Shown: positions 1 through 14,200 of the stretch, one piece after another
Layout: each line of letters starts with the position of its first letter
How positions within the stretch are numbered: the stretch's first letter is position 1
NCBI GenBank assembly: GCA_051362555.1
Contig: CM120648.1
Coordinates: forward strand, 17,542,587-17,606,586
Direction: 5' to 3'
DNA: 64,000 bases
DNA from: Lingula anatina
Taxonomy: Eukaryota; Animalia; Brachiopoda
Position numbers and translations under genes: made by a program
Notes under the pieces: model-generated
Database searches by the model: none
What the model was told of the DNA's origin: nothing
What the model saw: only the letters and a program-made list of their open reading frames with translations

Positions 1-166
1 TATTCATTACAAATAATGTTTGACCTATAGAGTAAGAAGGAATCCTAGTTTTACCCTTAGTTGTCAGCGTGAGGCTGTAAGGCCGACTGCACCTTTTTAC
101 TCACATTTCTGTCTGCGAGCATGAGCTGGGTCAATTTCGCTTTGTTCACCCCCCCCCCAAAAAAAA

Positions 167-203
<37 letters not shown>

Positions 204-884
204 AATAACAGCAGCTAGCTGCTGGGTTTTCGTGTATATTGTACGTAATCACCCGTATGACATATATTATACATACTAGCGTACTTATGAAAATACGGTT
301 CAGCTGTTAAACCCACTGAATGGCGTTAGAACAGATTGACTTGATATCATTCTGCTTATTAAACGTCTCAGTAATAAAGATAACACAGCATCAGGCGGTT
401 ATATTGACATACTGTCAGAAACATTCCCTCCTTTGTGTCAGGCGGCTGTAAATAGTATTTCCAAACATAGCTGACTAAGGTGCATCATTGGGTAAATAAA
501 GTGTCAACAGTGATAAAGGATATATAAACAAAACGACTAAGCTTACTGCACTCTGTAGTCTATGAGCCAAAGGCAAAAAAATAATTTGACTGCACCCGCG
601 ACAGGCAGATATTTAACGATTGATTCTTGTTGTTTAGAAATTGAATTTTTCATATCCGCTTTTTCCCGGCTTAAAAAAGTGTCCATTTGTACCTGAAGCA
701 CGCTAGGTCGAACTGTCGAGGAGACACATCTTCAAGCTAAAATATTTTTAGACATTTTATCATTATGATGCTTCCTTAAACCATCAAATGCGAAATTGGA
801 AAGAGAGGTAAAATAACAGCAAGAGGAATAATATGAGGATAAACGCAAAAATACGGTGCAAATGCTCCTCGACAACCATTTAAT

Positions 885-2070
885 GCGATATTTTGAATCC
901 CCATATATCTCAAATTATCACAAAGGACCCTCATGTCTGTGTCTAGTCACAGAAACGGTCGCTGTTAAGCCTGACCTCATCTGGCTGCTTCCAGGACTCT
1001 CAAGCGACAAGGCATTCCTTGGGATATGTTTTCAGAGTTCAATCTGGAATAACATTCCAGGAATCGGTCAATTATGGTCCAGTTTTGTGGTTGGACATAC
1101 AGTACGTTGATTTCGCGAGTAATGACCTACCCACATATTGTTTATGTGGTTCAAATATGGCGATAGTGATGTCTAATGCCCGTATTTCACACAGACCACG
1201 AATCCCACGAATAGCCAGGAATTGACAAATTTCAGGATTCGTGAGGATTCGTGAGATTTTGCCAATTTTCTGGTCTAATTCGACACGCTCACGATTCAGT
1301 TACGATACAGGTACGATACTGTTACGAATATTCGTGGGATTCGGCTGGAATCGTGAGATTTTGCCAATTTTCTGGTCTAATTCGACACGCTCTACGCTTC
1401 AGTTACGATACAGGTGCGACAGTGTTACGAATATTCGTGGGATTCGGCTGGATTTTTTGGAATGGGAGTTCGTGGCCAAAACTTTGAACAGCTCAAAATA
1501 TTTGCCACGAATTCCCGATTGATCAAGAAATGCAAGAACTGACTACGATTATATACGAATCTGTTAAGAACTTCACGAACTGATAACGATTCAACCACGA
1601 ATCCTGAAATTTTCAATTCCTGGCGATGCGTGGTATTCGTGGTCTGTGTGAAATAGGGGCATCAAAGTTTTTGCCACCAATTCCTGTTGGTCAAGAAGTG
1701 CTAGAACTGACTACGAATATATACGATTCTGTTGAGAACTTCGCGAACTGATTACGATTCAACCACGAATCGTGAAATTTGTCAATTCATGGCCATTCGT
1801 GGGATTCGTGGTCTGTGTGAAATAGGGGCATAAGGTAGCTGCTCATTTCCTTCGTTTTGTTACTTATCTTCTTTTAAAAGCACTCCGTGTGTACCGACAT
1901 TTTCATCGTGTAACCTAAAATTGTTCCTAAAGTGCCCCCCACCCCCCTATCAAAAGATAGTCAAGTGGTTATTCCTTTATTTGATCTGGTTCATGTTCAT
2001 GTTCAGGTTCAGGTCACTTAAGACGCTTCGTTGTAGGCCTCTTTAGGATGTCTGTAAACAACAGACTTGA
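885..2070 (-). mobile_element. Degenerate Tc1-like transposase remnant, copy 1 (interrupted by the MITE at 1177-1830)
   Basis: Direct-repeat homologue of 2280-2900 (shared caaaggaccctcatgtc, gttcaatctggaat, aaggtagctgctcatt, attcctttatttgatctggttc). Boundaries approximate. Confidence 0.6.
1177..1830. mobile_element. PIF/Harbinger-type MITE with internal duplications
   Basis: TIR tgcccgtatttcacacagaccacgaatcccacgaat / attcgtgggattcgtggtctgtgtgaaataggggca. TAA on both sides (1174-1176, 1831-1833). The empty site is visible in the paralogous copy near 2550. A second right-end copy ends at ~1661. Confidence 0.85.
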
Positions 2071-2279
2071 CATTTAATATGGAATTTGTTTTCCAATTCA
2101 TTTTTCATAAGATTTTCCCTATTTTGCTGACTGATAAATGAAAATAAGGATTAAACTCGTGTTTTGATAACTTTGAATTATATATTTGATGTCATGGTGA
2201 CATCAGTTCATTTATTGAATTCGCCAGAGAAGCAAACAAAAACACTATTATAAGGCATATGACAGCCATCAAAAGAGAT

Positions 2280-2900
2280 AATTTGAATCTCCATATTTTC
2301 CAAATTATTGTCTGTAAAAGAGTTACACGCTCCACAAAGGACCCTCATGTCAGTGTCTAGTCGCAGTAACGGTCGCTGTTACACCTGGCCTCTTCTGGTT
2401 TTAAGAGTTCAATCTGGAATAGCATTCCAGGATTCGGTCAACATCTGTCCAATTTGGTCCAGTTTTGTTGTAGGACATGTAGGTCATTGATTGGGCGAGT
2501 AATGGCCTGCCCACATATTGTCTTTGTGGTTCAAATATGGCTATTTTGATGACCAAGGTAGCTGCTCATTGCCTTGGTTCTGTAAGTAATATACTATTAA
2601 AAGTGCTCTGTGTGAACCGGCAATCTCACCATGCAACCTAAAATTGTTCCTAATGTGCCCCCTATCAAATGATAGTCAAGTGTTTCCCAGATTATTCCTT
2701 TATTTGATCTGGTTCAGGTTTTCATCAATGACTACCATTGGTGTTTTAGCATCAATGTGGTATCCACTCCAAATACTGACGCTGTAAAATGACGTTTGTC
2801 ACTTTAGACGCGGCACACGCTTCGTCGTTGGCCTCTTCTGGATGTCTGTAAACCCTGTTTTGTCTGTTGAGCGGCACAGGTGAAGTCTGACCTCAATAAA
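2280..2900 (-). mobile_element. Degenerate Tc1-like (DD34E-type) transposase remnant, copy 2
   Basis: Minus-strand translation gives SVSIWSG..KTPMVVIDENLN, GSHRALLIVYYLQNQGNEQLPWSSK*PYLNHKDNMW and QMLTESWNAIP. These match the Tc1 motifs SVMVWG, LPWPSxSPDLNPIENxW and EEWxxIP. Stops and frameshifts present. Confidence 0.7.
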
Positions 2901-4590
2901 GAAAGCCACGAGATTTCAGTGTTCAACCCAATTCGGGCTGGTTAGTTTTTATTTAGTTGCAGCAGCATACCCCGAAAGACAGTGAGTCCTGTACCCTGGT
3001 GGTAAGATTTCAATAAATTGGGCGTGGCCTCTGTGCAGGTACATCAGTCTGGGCATTACTATGTAAAACTGTGCGAACGGTTCCGTGTGACACAATAAAC
3101 TGTGAGATTAACAATTGTGTAAAACACTGCTTAAGTCATTTTACGCACTGCAAAACCGACCGCTTGTATGCACATTTTCAAATTCTTCTATGCAGTAGTT
3201 GCAGACCTATGGATACTTTTTTTGGCAGAACCATGCTTTGCCAAAGCCCCGCTTAGTCCAGCCCAAAGGTGCACTACCCAATTAAATCACTGCATATTAC
3301 ACAATGCAGCAATGGTTCAGACGTGGTAGTCAGTTAATTGGTAACGACAAACTGACTGCACACTTCTTCATTCCCATATCTGATGTGAGGTCATATTTAT
3401 ATATTTATATATTTATTTATTATTATTATTATTATTTTTTTTTTTTTTTTTGAAAATGAATGTAGTTTACCTTCTTGTACATTTGAAACTGAAATATTCC
3501 ATAATAAATGTCAGGTCTGTATACTGGTTCTTTTTTAATAAAATTAATGCTTTATTAATACTTTCTGCACCAGACTGAGCTGGTGAAAATGCACATAGAT
3601 AAGGTAATATCAGCAATAATAATGAAAATAGTAATAGTAAAATACATAAATAGCACCAAAATTACATATATAGAAATGTTCCAATGTTTTCTACTATGTG
3701 AACTAAATCTTCGTTTTTATAGTAATTATTGATAGACATCATGAAGTGGAAGATGTAGCACAGTTTCTTTTGTTAAAAGCAAGGTTAAGGAATGTTAGTT
3801 GCAAATAGAGATGACACTCTAGACACGGCGACAATTACTAATGTAAGTATGTATCATATGGTATATATCTTTACGGCAATTTGGCGCTTTTTCTAGTAAA
3901 TCTGCGTGTATAAAGACTTTAAAAGTCAATGACGGATCAGTGTCAATAAGCACGTTTTAATATCATAGTTAACTCATAATTTGCCATTTTTAAATTTCAG
4001 TTGCCATTTTCAAGTTTTTATTGTCTTTTTAGCTTTAAATATGTAAGGTGCACTGGGATTTCCATGCGCCGTATAAGAACAAATGAATATTATTATTATT
4101 ACTTAATGTGTGTTAGTTAAACTTGGTATTGGTTAATTAAATACGGGTTACAAATTTATCGTTCAATAAATCATTTCATAATAAAAAAAAATAAATTAAT
4201 AAATAAAAAAATAAAATACAATTAAAAAAAAAAAAAAACATTCAAACCGCAACAACACAGTGACTCGGATGGGGGCTTCTAATACTACATGTACCAGTAT
4301 ATACAGCAATCTCGTTCCAATTTGAGCTTCAGTTTTACCCTTCAAGACATGCATTCACGCATGTAGCTTTACGTTTGTGTTTTGCATCAGTATGTGGGTG
4401 TATTCCCTCACCTTGCCTCCGATAGCACACGTTGGGAGAAATAGTACTAAGGGTTTCTGGAGTGACCTCGCAGATGTATAGGGAAATTTATATGCCAGTG
4501 CTGATGTTTATTCTTTTCCGATATTGCAAATATGTACATGCAGATAAGTGTGACGTGTATTCCATCCATTTTTTCTTCCCTCATTAGTTA

Positions 4591-5859
4591 GGGGAGACCG
4601 GGGCTAGTTGGCCCAGTTAGACACTTTTGGCCTTGTAGAGCCAATTAGGAGTGGGTTAGAGTAACAAAACCGGTTTCAAAGTAAGCCCCATGAACTAAGC
4701 TACGTATGCAAAGTCATTATTTTTCAAATATTATGCCAGGTGGCTCACAATTTGACAAAAAACGCAGTTGACGTCAGGGGGGCCAACTTGCCCCGCCATG
4801 GGGCAAGTTGGCCCCAGGGTCGGGGCAAGTTGGCCCCCTATATGAAAATGAAGTATATATCCCATGTAAACGCCTTGAAATACATTTTTATACATTTTTA
4901 ATTTATTAAATTGATTTTTTAGTCTTTGATGAATAAATAGTTCAAATGAGGCAGATTTGTTGAGGTTTCCGTATGTCACGTTGTTGGGGGGGGGGGGGGG
5001 GGGGGAGGGGGGTGTGTTGCAAGAACCAAAATATATATCAATAAAATGTGTTTTGTTTTAATTAAGAATAAATAAATAATGGTATAAAGAAGGTTTTTAA
5101 TGAATGAAAACGAATAATAAATTTTCTTTTTAAATGAAAGTAACAAATTCAGTTTTAAAACCATTGAGTTTGTTTCAACAATGGTCTCTAGCTAGGGAGG
5201 GGTAGAAAATCCCCTTGGGGCCACATATAACACTATAAATACAAAGGGAATCCCCTTACAATGAATTAAGGCAAAATAAATGTTTTTCTACGGAAAGTCC
5301 AATGGATTTGCTTTTTAATACTTACAATCAACAGAATATTTCTAATATAAATTTTCAAAAAGACACCAGAGAGAAAATTTTAAAGAATCAATCAGACGGT
5401 AAGAGACACCGGTTAGCTTTGTCAATTTCACCAACTTGTCTATTTCAAACAGCGTTGCGCGCAAAGGTTTGTGGGTAATATGAGGGTCCAACTTGCCCCG
5501 AGTCAAGGGGGCCAACTAGCCCCGGGTGCACATTATTTATTTTAAAGAATGGTAGACATTTAGGGTGCTAGAATGAGCAAATATGATACATCTCTGTGAA
5601 ACTTGAAACGATGAGCTTCAGTTTGATGCCCTATACATATCTTATATTCGATCAAAAGCCTATGAAAATAGATTTTGAAATCTCTTAAACAAAATTACTT
5701 TTAGGTGCAAAAACTTTTTAACGTCTGACACTTCCTTAGCATTGTAGGCTACGGTCACTTTGCAAGAGTATGTGGCCAATTATTTTACCTCGTAGTTACT
5801 TTTTCATAAATTGACGGGGGGCCAACTTACCCCGGGGTCCAACTAGCCCCGGTCTCCCC
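4591..5859. mobile_element. Non-autonomous TA-TSD DNA transposon (Tc1/mariner/pogo-type)
   Basis: TIR ggggagaccggggctagttgg / ccaactagccccggtctcccc, flanked by TA (4589-4590, 5860-5861). Subterminal gggccaacttgcccc repeats; no ORF. Confidence 0.85.
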
Positions 5860-6056
5860 TACAAGCTGATCAACCTCTTCAAAGATGCATAGGCCCTATA
5901 CCTATATCTATTACCCAGAAAAGTCTACCGGTCTACCTTACCAAAGAGCTGAGAAATTATGTTATGAAGCTGAGAGGTTATTGACTTTTCCAAAAATGCT
6001 CACTTTTCTGCCCATCAATACCAAGCGACTTGCACGCGCTGGTTTCTACTACTCTG

Positions 6057-6277
6057 GGGCCGGTTTCACAAAGCAGTAGTTAGTTAGAACTAACTACTGG
6101 ACTACCTCGCTAACGAGCAAACTTAGCGATTTTCGAGGGGTGTTTCACGAAGCAGTCGTTAACTCATCGCTAAGTTCAGTCGTAAAGTTTAGTTCTCTCG
6201 TTACTCACCGTTGTCTCGAAACCGTCTGCCGGAAGTGGAACTCTTGCGTAAAAGTGTCACGAAAGCACTAACTCGTG
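6057..6277. mobile_element. Truncated Harbinger-like insertion within the BIR1 coding sequence
   Basis: Starts gggccggtttcac after CTG, the same terminus type as 58915-59842. Removing it restores YYSGQGTEVVC. Right TIR not found. Confidence 0.6.
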
Positions 6278-6583
6278 GTCAAGGGACTGAAGTCGTTTGC
6301 TTTAGCTGTGGTGGGCGATGTGATATTGGGGATGACCCTGTTGTGTATCATCGTATTTTATACCCAGATTGTCCAGTCTTGAGAGGGACTGACACAGATA
6401 ATGTCCCAATTCTGACAACAAGTGCTGCTTTTTTTCCCTCGTTGGCTAAAGATTCCTCTGTAAACCTCAACGGAAACACATCAGTTCTTGATAATATCCC
6501 TGTCTGTTCTGTAGAAATGTTGAAAACAGGAAAACGATTTCAAAACATTCAAAAATTTACAAAATAACAACAACAACAACAAC

Positions 6584-6626
<43 letters not shown>

Positions 6627-7040
6627 CAAACTTTCACGTGAAGCAATATTGTCCTGACAGACTAGCTTTTGGCATTGGTTTGTAACTAAAATGCAAATTT
6701 TTGCAAAGGATTTGAGGCATTGGACTTATACTCCTCAGCGTCAGAATGGATACATGGGTCGTGGGTGCCTGCCACTAATTGGTCGTTTGTTTTAGGTGAC
6801 CAACCAATGCAGGAACACCGCAGATATCTTCCAACCTGCCCGTTCGCCCTGGGACTGGAAGTTGGGAATATTCCTCTGCAAGCGCCAAGTACAACTCTTC
6901 CTTTACCTGTGTCAGAAACACAAAACCACGTTGTGCGTGGCAGCCCACCACGATCAGAGAGTAAGTATAAGTTAAATACAAGTACAGCACTTACATCCAG
7001 ACATACGGTACCGCAGGTACACATTGCCAGAGACCTAGAG

Positions 7041-7232
7041 CAGGCCTACCCAACTACCAGACTCGGCACCGATTGATCCAGAATGCACCGGTAAATCGGA
7101 CCACACTACCCGTTTTCAAGGTGTGTAGCAAGGTGTGTAATCTGATACACACCTTGAAAACGGGTAGTGTGGTCTGATCTACCGGCGAATTCTGGATCAT
7201 TCGGTGCCGAGTCTGGTAGTTGGGTAGGCCTG
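7041..7232. mobile_element. Near-perfect palindromic MITE with a 5-bp TSD (hAT5-like)
   Basis: caggcctacccaactaccagactcggcaccga ... tcggtgccgagtctggtagttgggtaggcctg, with TAGAG on both flanks (7036-7040, 7233-7237). Confidence 0.85.
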
Positions 7233-7852
7233 TAGAGGGTCTCATTCATGTGGTTCAATGTAATATATATTTATTCATTTTGACAATACCCCCAAAGCTT
7301 ATAACAAGGCATGTCTAAATGCTTGCAAGACGCTCCAGTTTGTTCTATTTTGATACTTAAAGCACCTTGAAAAAATGATTTTTTATAGACATTAAAAGAC
7401 ATTAATCAAATGAGTCTTAATGTATATAAATGCAGAGGAGTAACAGGGTCCGTTCAGTTACAACGTTGTGATTTATTTCCATAAAAATTAAAGGCCTTGG
7501 TGCTAAGATGAGATGCTTCCATTTTGACGGAGGGCTGATGAATTGGGAACCTCAAGACGACCCTTGGGCTGAACATGCGCGTCGGTTCCCAAATAAGGAA
7601 CGAGATTGGTCAAGGAACCCGGTAAAAAAATAATTAAAAAAACAAACAAAAAAAAAAAAACGTTTAGTCACATCATTTTATATGAAAATATAAAAACTAC
7701 GTTATTTTTAGTTGATTAAGTCTAGTTGACGTTTTAATAAAGCTGGAACCAGGAGCATAATTGAATGTTTGATTATCATTTAAACTCGTGGTAGCAAGGT
7801 GCCTTCCGTGACGTGCATTTAAAGCCTGTTCTGCTTGATGAACGATTAAAGT

Positions 7853-7855
<3 letters not shown>

Positions 7856-7912
<57 letters not shown>
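7856..7912. repeat. (TA)n microsatellite followed by poly-T
   Basis: Seen directly. Other (TA)n tracts at ~45118-45204 and ~45928-46004; (AAT)n at ~6586-6625 and ~34441-34583; (CA)n at ~53333-53370. Confidence 0.95.
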
Positions 7913-7928
<16 letters not shown>

Positions 7929-10900
7929 CACGGTTAATATTTATTTATTCAATAACCTTGCGCGCGTTATACGTCACAGGTCTTGCGTAACTACCCACGT
8001 GCTACGATTTTTCCCTTGGGGGGGCAGCAAGCGGCCATTTTGTACACGAGCAATGCATAGATGGGTGAAAATGATACGTTGTTTTTAACCAAAAACGATG
8101 TCCCCAGGGCGAAACTGCCAACGCCAAAAGTAAAGGAGCATACCAACGTTGTTTTGAAACGATGTGGTTAGACTGTCAGTGCCGAGTTGGGGAGAAAAGA
8201 GCAGCACTGATTGCAAGGTACTGTATACACGTGAACCGGCAAAGATAATGATAATTTCATGTTGCAAAAGCATAATTAAATCAGTAAGTTATTTTCCAAA
8301 GGATATTATTTGCATAGCAGATACATAAATCAAACTAACAACAATAAAAAATTTTGATGACATTGAAAATCAAAACCTGCGGTGCACGATAGGTTGAGGA
8401 TTACACTGCCACAGCAAGTAATGCATGAATTTTGTTACACAACACCATATGCTTGTGTCATTGTTAACTCTGTGGTATTATTACTCAATTTTCTGCTCAA
8501 ATTAATACCTGATACTATTTCTCAGGCTACCAAGTACAAATCAACTTATTTTGTGGCAATTGACCTCCATGTTCCATCTACTGAGTAATGTGCAGGTTCT
8601 TTATTATTATTATCATTATTATTATTTTTTTTCAAGCACATTTTGATAAAGTGGCTGTGCTTTAACAAGAGAAATTTATGCTGAAGTTTAAAAGATTAAA
8701 TTATCAGTAGTGTGTTCAATTAAAGCTATTAATTTGATTATGCATATTTGATTTTCAATTATCTTGATTATGATATGAGGTTTCTGCATTTTTCTCTTGC
8801 CCTCAAATCAATATCTAACAAGTAAATTGATAGTGCTTTATTACAATTTTTGCTTTATACTTTCAGATGTAAAAACTGTGTAGCAGTTGGTAAAGCTGTA
8901 GAGATTGATGTGAGCATAGATCAGGGGAAATGGTATTAGAGAAACTAGGAGGACAAGACATAGATAGTGTACTAGTAGATCCGTCATAACAGCAAGGATA
9001 GATGGTGTGATCTTGTCTTGAAGCTATGCCACAAGTTTTCAAACTGGTTGAGTCCTTACTAAGACAAGCTGCTGCGGTGTGAATCATTGTACATTCAGGT
9101 TATACATGGCAGATTTATGACAAAAGAGACCTTCACAATATACCTCAAATAAGTTATTCTTGCATCTATGCCTTATCAAAAGTACACAGTTACAGTGGCT
9201 AGAACATTGTCTGCAAATAGTGAGGCAGTGAAGGCTGCAAAGTGCCATTGTTTTTCAGTATTAAGAATGACAGTATCTGTTTTTTATTTATTTTCATTTT
9301 TCGTTTTTAATGGGAGGGAGACTCACTTTGTTCTTTCTATGCCCATTCAGTTTAGGGTTGGTGGCAATATATGGTAAATCTGTCATGCCTGTATGTAGAA
9401 TTTCTCTGGCTCAAATTTCTACATTTATTGGGTGCATTATGAAGTTTCCTGACTGATTAATGAGGTTACTTGCAGAAATATCTTGCTTACACACTTTTTG
9501 TGATATTTTTACTTCTTTATATATACATGTATGATTATTCACATCTCATCAGTGGTGTGTGAAAGGTACTTGGTATTTGCATTTTAGAACTGTAGATCTG
9601 TGTACCAGCAGGGTTATATTTCATATATCTTCGAATGTTTCTAAAAATAAGCTTCATGATTGGTAATTATTTGGTTTGAAATAAATAAATAAATAAATAA
9701 CCCAAATAAAATCAATTCATTTTATATTTCACATAATTTGTTTTTTATTATTCTTCTAAGCATTTAATCATAACATCTCCCATCATTATACTGTTATTGT
9801 GTAATAACATTGAAAGTTTCCAAGTTTTTATTAACAGGTTGATGCTAACGTATTAGAAATGAACATAAGCATTAAAGCACATTTCCTTACTCAAATGTAT
9901 CAAACGTACCACTGGCATAATACCGGTAAAGATACAGGTAAAGATGACAGCATTGACAACTGAGATTACAGCGCTTTTAGTGCAGCCTGGCCAGTGTCAG
10001 ATTGTTATCTGATAAAGTTTGCCACTAGTACCTGGGAACAAAAAGTCTGGCACTTGACAATCAAGTTGATAAAATCACAAAACGCCTGTAGAAAATAGAG
10101 CATACCTGCCCAACATTGATTTGTTCAGATTCTTGACTAAGGGTGCGTTACTGGTGTCAAGGGCCAAGACTTGAACTGAGGGGTTTGGCATGTCACTCGA
10201 TTTCTGTCCAAACCTAATAAAGCCTCAGTTGCTTAACTCTCCAAATTTCCAGTATCTACAGGTTGTGTTGTTTAATGCTTGGGGTCTCTTCTTTGGCGGC
10301 GGTTAACTGGGGACATCTGTGCGGCCTGTCAACGCACCTAGATTCACTTTTGCCGGTGCCACATTTTCAATTGCCGTAAATATCAAATTCATGAATAAAA
10401 TGAGGAAAAATGACAGTTATGAAAAAATGTTTGGAAGAACCTGTCACCTTCGCCACAGTAACCATATGGGCTGTGATGCCCCCCCCCCCCACCACAGGCG
10501 ACACCTTGCGGAGCAAGCGTGCGTAATCCAGGGTGCAACTGAAAATAACCAAGTCGCGCGACCTTATTTAGCCCTCCCTAGCTCAAGGACAAGAACGAAG
10601 ACATCAAAGTAAATAAGATTTTAGTTTCTGAGCAAAAAATAAATGCCAGCGTTACTTATCCGGTATGGCTAGTATTGCATCAATACTCAACTTTACAAAG
10701 TTTTCCTATCAGCGCCACCAGCACACCCGGTTTAACCGAAGCAAACATCTTTCATTTTTTATGTCGCCATTCTATAATGGCTGTAGCTGCGAACTCCTCA
10801 TTTATCCAATTATACAGTGGTCGGAATAATTTTGTTTCCGTTGTACACCGGTGTAACATCGTTCGAAATGTTTTAATCCCTATCTTGTGAATGGAAGGGG

Positions 10901-11205
10901 GCGGACAAACAATGGAGGGCCGTATAAATCCCTTCAAAATTCGAACGCACAAACACAATAGCTTAGGTGGAATAACACAATACTTAATACGAGTGAACCC
11001 CATGACGCCGGTTTCTGTGGCCCAGCGTGAGCGTGACAATCCGCTGTAACTAGGTGTAATGAACAGCAGGATACATCAGCCAGAAGGTCCCTATTGTTTG
11101 TTGCGGCGATAGGATTATAGCTTGAAGAGGCTAAACCCATGCTAAGGCGTGCCACGCGAAGAGAACTGTCCTTTTGTTCACTAGTTTGGCACGCGCAGCT
11201 GGTTT

Positions 11206-14200
11206 TTAGTGTTGCTAACAAACTGCTAGTTAAATTTGTTATCAGTTATTTCATCCTATATAAAATTTCCGCAGTCAAAAATTGAACTAATTATTGTTTG
11301 TTTGGTTGAAATGCATGAGCGTCAGCATCAATCTGTCTCAAAAAATTCCTATTGCATTAATTTATAAATGTATAATTCATTTATGTACTTACGTTTTAAT
11401 TTGAAATATCTGCATTCAAGCGTTCAAGTATTTATAAAACATGAATGATAATGAAAGAGGAATAAGGAAATAACATATTACTTATATTATGCTTATATTA
11501 TAATATTGAATTTAAATGAGGTGCATTGACATAGGCGCAATGACAATCCAACTACAACGTGCAACAGGGGGAAGTCTGGCTGTATGATCATACAATATAC
11601 GAAAGTACGGTCAATTAAAAGTGTAAATCATCAGTTAAAGAGGAGGGGGTCTTACTATAGCTCGCTATCTATTGTTAAACCTGACTGTTATTATCTCTCG
11701 AACAAGCTTAAAGCATGCCTATACAATTACTGTGTCTCCGGCTGCCGTTCAGAAACACTATGTCGAACATATTTTGCTACAGTGAGAAACATGGTACACT
11801 AGCGACTTGTTTTAGATCACTCAAGAAAGGATGCATACGTGCGACACCAGAGGAAAAACAATCAAGTATGCATCTGATCCTTTAATAGTAATTGCACAGT
11901 GCATGTTACTAGACCTTTGTCCTAACTCAGTAGTTAGGAATAGGATGTTTGGATAAAAAGCATCTATTCAACTCGCTTAGACCTAGGCGTGATGCTATCA
12001 TCCGATGAAACACGTAACTGAACCCTCTACCTGTACCTGAAGTCCCTTTAGCTGAAACAAAAAATGCCCCTTGAACATGTCCATTTTTTAATCGTCAAAT
12101 GATTTGTGATTTCATTGAACGTCTTTGATCGAAAGCTTTCAAGTGACAATAACCGAACCGTGTGTTGATTATTTATTAAAGCGTAATTAAGTTTATTCAA
12201 CATGATCTATTTTGTAAACGATACTTGCCAAGATTGAGCTTGGATTGATCACCGTCACTATTTAGCTACTCGCCTATAATGCGTGCTGAACGACAGACAA
12301 CTTAAAAATATTATCTGTGTAACTGTGCAAATGAACGCATTTAGTTAAAATATAACGAAGCCGGCATTTAATCCATCGAACATATTTATATTTGTTCTTT
12401 TAAACCCAGTGTAAGGTTAACGCCAAATCAAAGCAAGCCTTGCAGACTGGTTTTGTTTAAACTGTCGTGCATCAAGTAAAGCTAAGTAAAGCCTGTTTCT
12501 ACTTCGCAGTGTTCATCCCAGCCATAAAACTGCATGAAGGATAACAAGACTCCGTAGACCTGTGCTTCAGGTTTCCAGGAGTCCCGTGTAACACAATAAT
12601 ATCGAAGGCCTGAGAGTAATACATATATGAGGCCGTGTATGAAAGATTTAACAAATTAGAAATTCAAGAATTTAAACATGCTTGGTACATGCACATCACT
12701 TAATAAGTCATTTCACAAAAATCGCATCTAATATTGTTTAGATTAACCTTTACTTTTATCCATCTCATCCCATTGTCTTAACCACCTAAAAGAAATATAG
12801 TGAACTTGAGGAAAAGTAACACGTTTACATGCAGGCGAAGGAGTTATACTTCAATATTAATCGCGAACAATATCAACAGCGACTAAAGACCGTTGACTGT
12901 CTTTCACACTTTTACACAATCACACGAAGGTTTAATAAAGGGAGTCGCGGCGCGATATCTATCTCTTTCATTCGAACAAGCAAAGGGCTGACCCGAAGTA
13001 AGCTTTCTATACTAATGTCCTTTTTATTGTATATTGTAATTACTCTACTTGCTCGCCTCCATTGTCTTGTAAAAGTGACAAAGAAAGTGTTGTATTCACA
13101 CACGAGTTGAAAGAACTTTGCATAACTCCTTTGCCTTAAGTTGCATAATGTCTTTCTCAAGGTTATAATCAGTGTGAAGAGGGTGTCTTGCCTCATTTAA
13201 AAAGGGTGTTGTTCTTCATACTGGTTGTTGCTTAACTTATGCTAATCTTAAACTTTTATGTACCAATATGGTTTTAATAAATCGCCAAAATTATGAATTT
13301 AATGAACATTGTGTATCAAACGTTTTGATACGATTTAAATAAATGGACGAGGAGGATTACGGTATTAGGTTCTATTTACCTCTGGCTTTAACTTCGCCCT
13401 GCTATATAAATGAACAAATGTTGCAGATCGTAACAAAAAACTTTCTTATAGTGTTTTATGACATATATGATTTACACATTTGATAGTGAAACACTCCTCG
13501 ACTTTAACGAATCACCTGACGTAAACTGTCTACCCGCGCTCCCCGAAAAAACTGTTTCTTTTAATATTGAAATGAATTGCTTTTAAGGCAAAGAAGTCCA
13601 TTAAACCCTTTAGTCTCAACATCATTGTACAGCATGTTGTAATCGATATTTAAAAAAGTTAATTTTTGTACTCCGCTTTCATCGAGGATACCTCAAGTTG
13701 AGGTTACAATTACATCGCTCGCCTATGCTACTGGAATATATATTTAAGGACAAATTAAGCTTTGTAAAGTCCCTATTGTCACACACCATAGATACTTTAT
13801 TTTGTCTTGAATGAAAAAATAGCCTCAAATTATCGTTTTGTGCTTAAACCTTTCATTACTTGAACCAAGATCTGTACTATAGCTACCAAGACGTACATGC
13901 ATCAAGTTGGGTCTGCTGGGGGAGGGGAGCATTTAAATGATAAACGAGGAAGTCTACCTGCAAAAGCAGCAGCAGTGGTTTAAATAATCGCTATCTAGAC
14001 TCCTTTTTCTTTGACAGCAACATAAAAAGTGTTTAGGGAGAAAGTAACACAAAGACCCGACGTTGTTTTGTCTTCAGCATTTCCTCTTCCTTGTTATCTG
14101 CAATTACTATCGTCAATTAATGAAATCGAGAAAGCAATTAAGTGACGGCACATTGAATATAGTCAATAGGTGCATTTCACTGAGTGTTTACAAGATCTAG

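Larger units (their letters stand above)
5885..7621 (+). pseudogene. IAP (BIR-domain) pseudogene, paralogue 1
   Basis: BIR1 ERLLTF..RLARAGFYYSG / GQGTEVVCFSCGG..DDPVVYHRILYPDCP, split by an insertion. Decayed BIR2 N-half at ~6625-6725 (QTF..PDRLA..CKFCKG.LRHW with frameshifts). Intact BIR2 C-half exon 6796-6960 (ag|GDQPMQEHRRYLPTCPF...|gtaagt). BIR3 exon remnant ~7493-7621 ([21 protein letters not shown]) with an internal deletion relative to 19956-20131. Confidence 0.85.

Noticed and set aside
7813-8088. ORFs with YIYIYI or THTHTH runs (also 45082, 45861, 52924)
   Set aside because: Translations of microsatellites.
8850-9280. Possible decayed transposase in 8-10 kb
   Set aside because: Coding-like composition, but no motif or terminal repeat I could identify with confidence.
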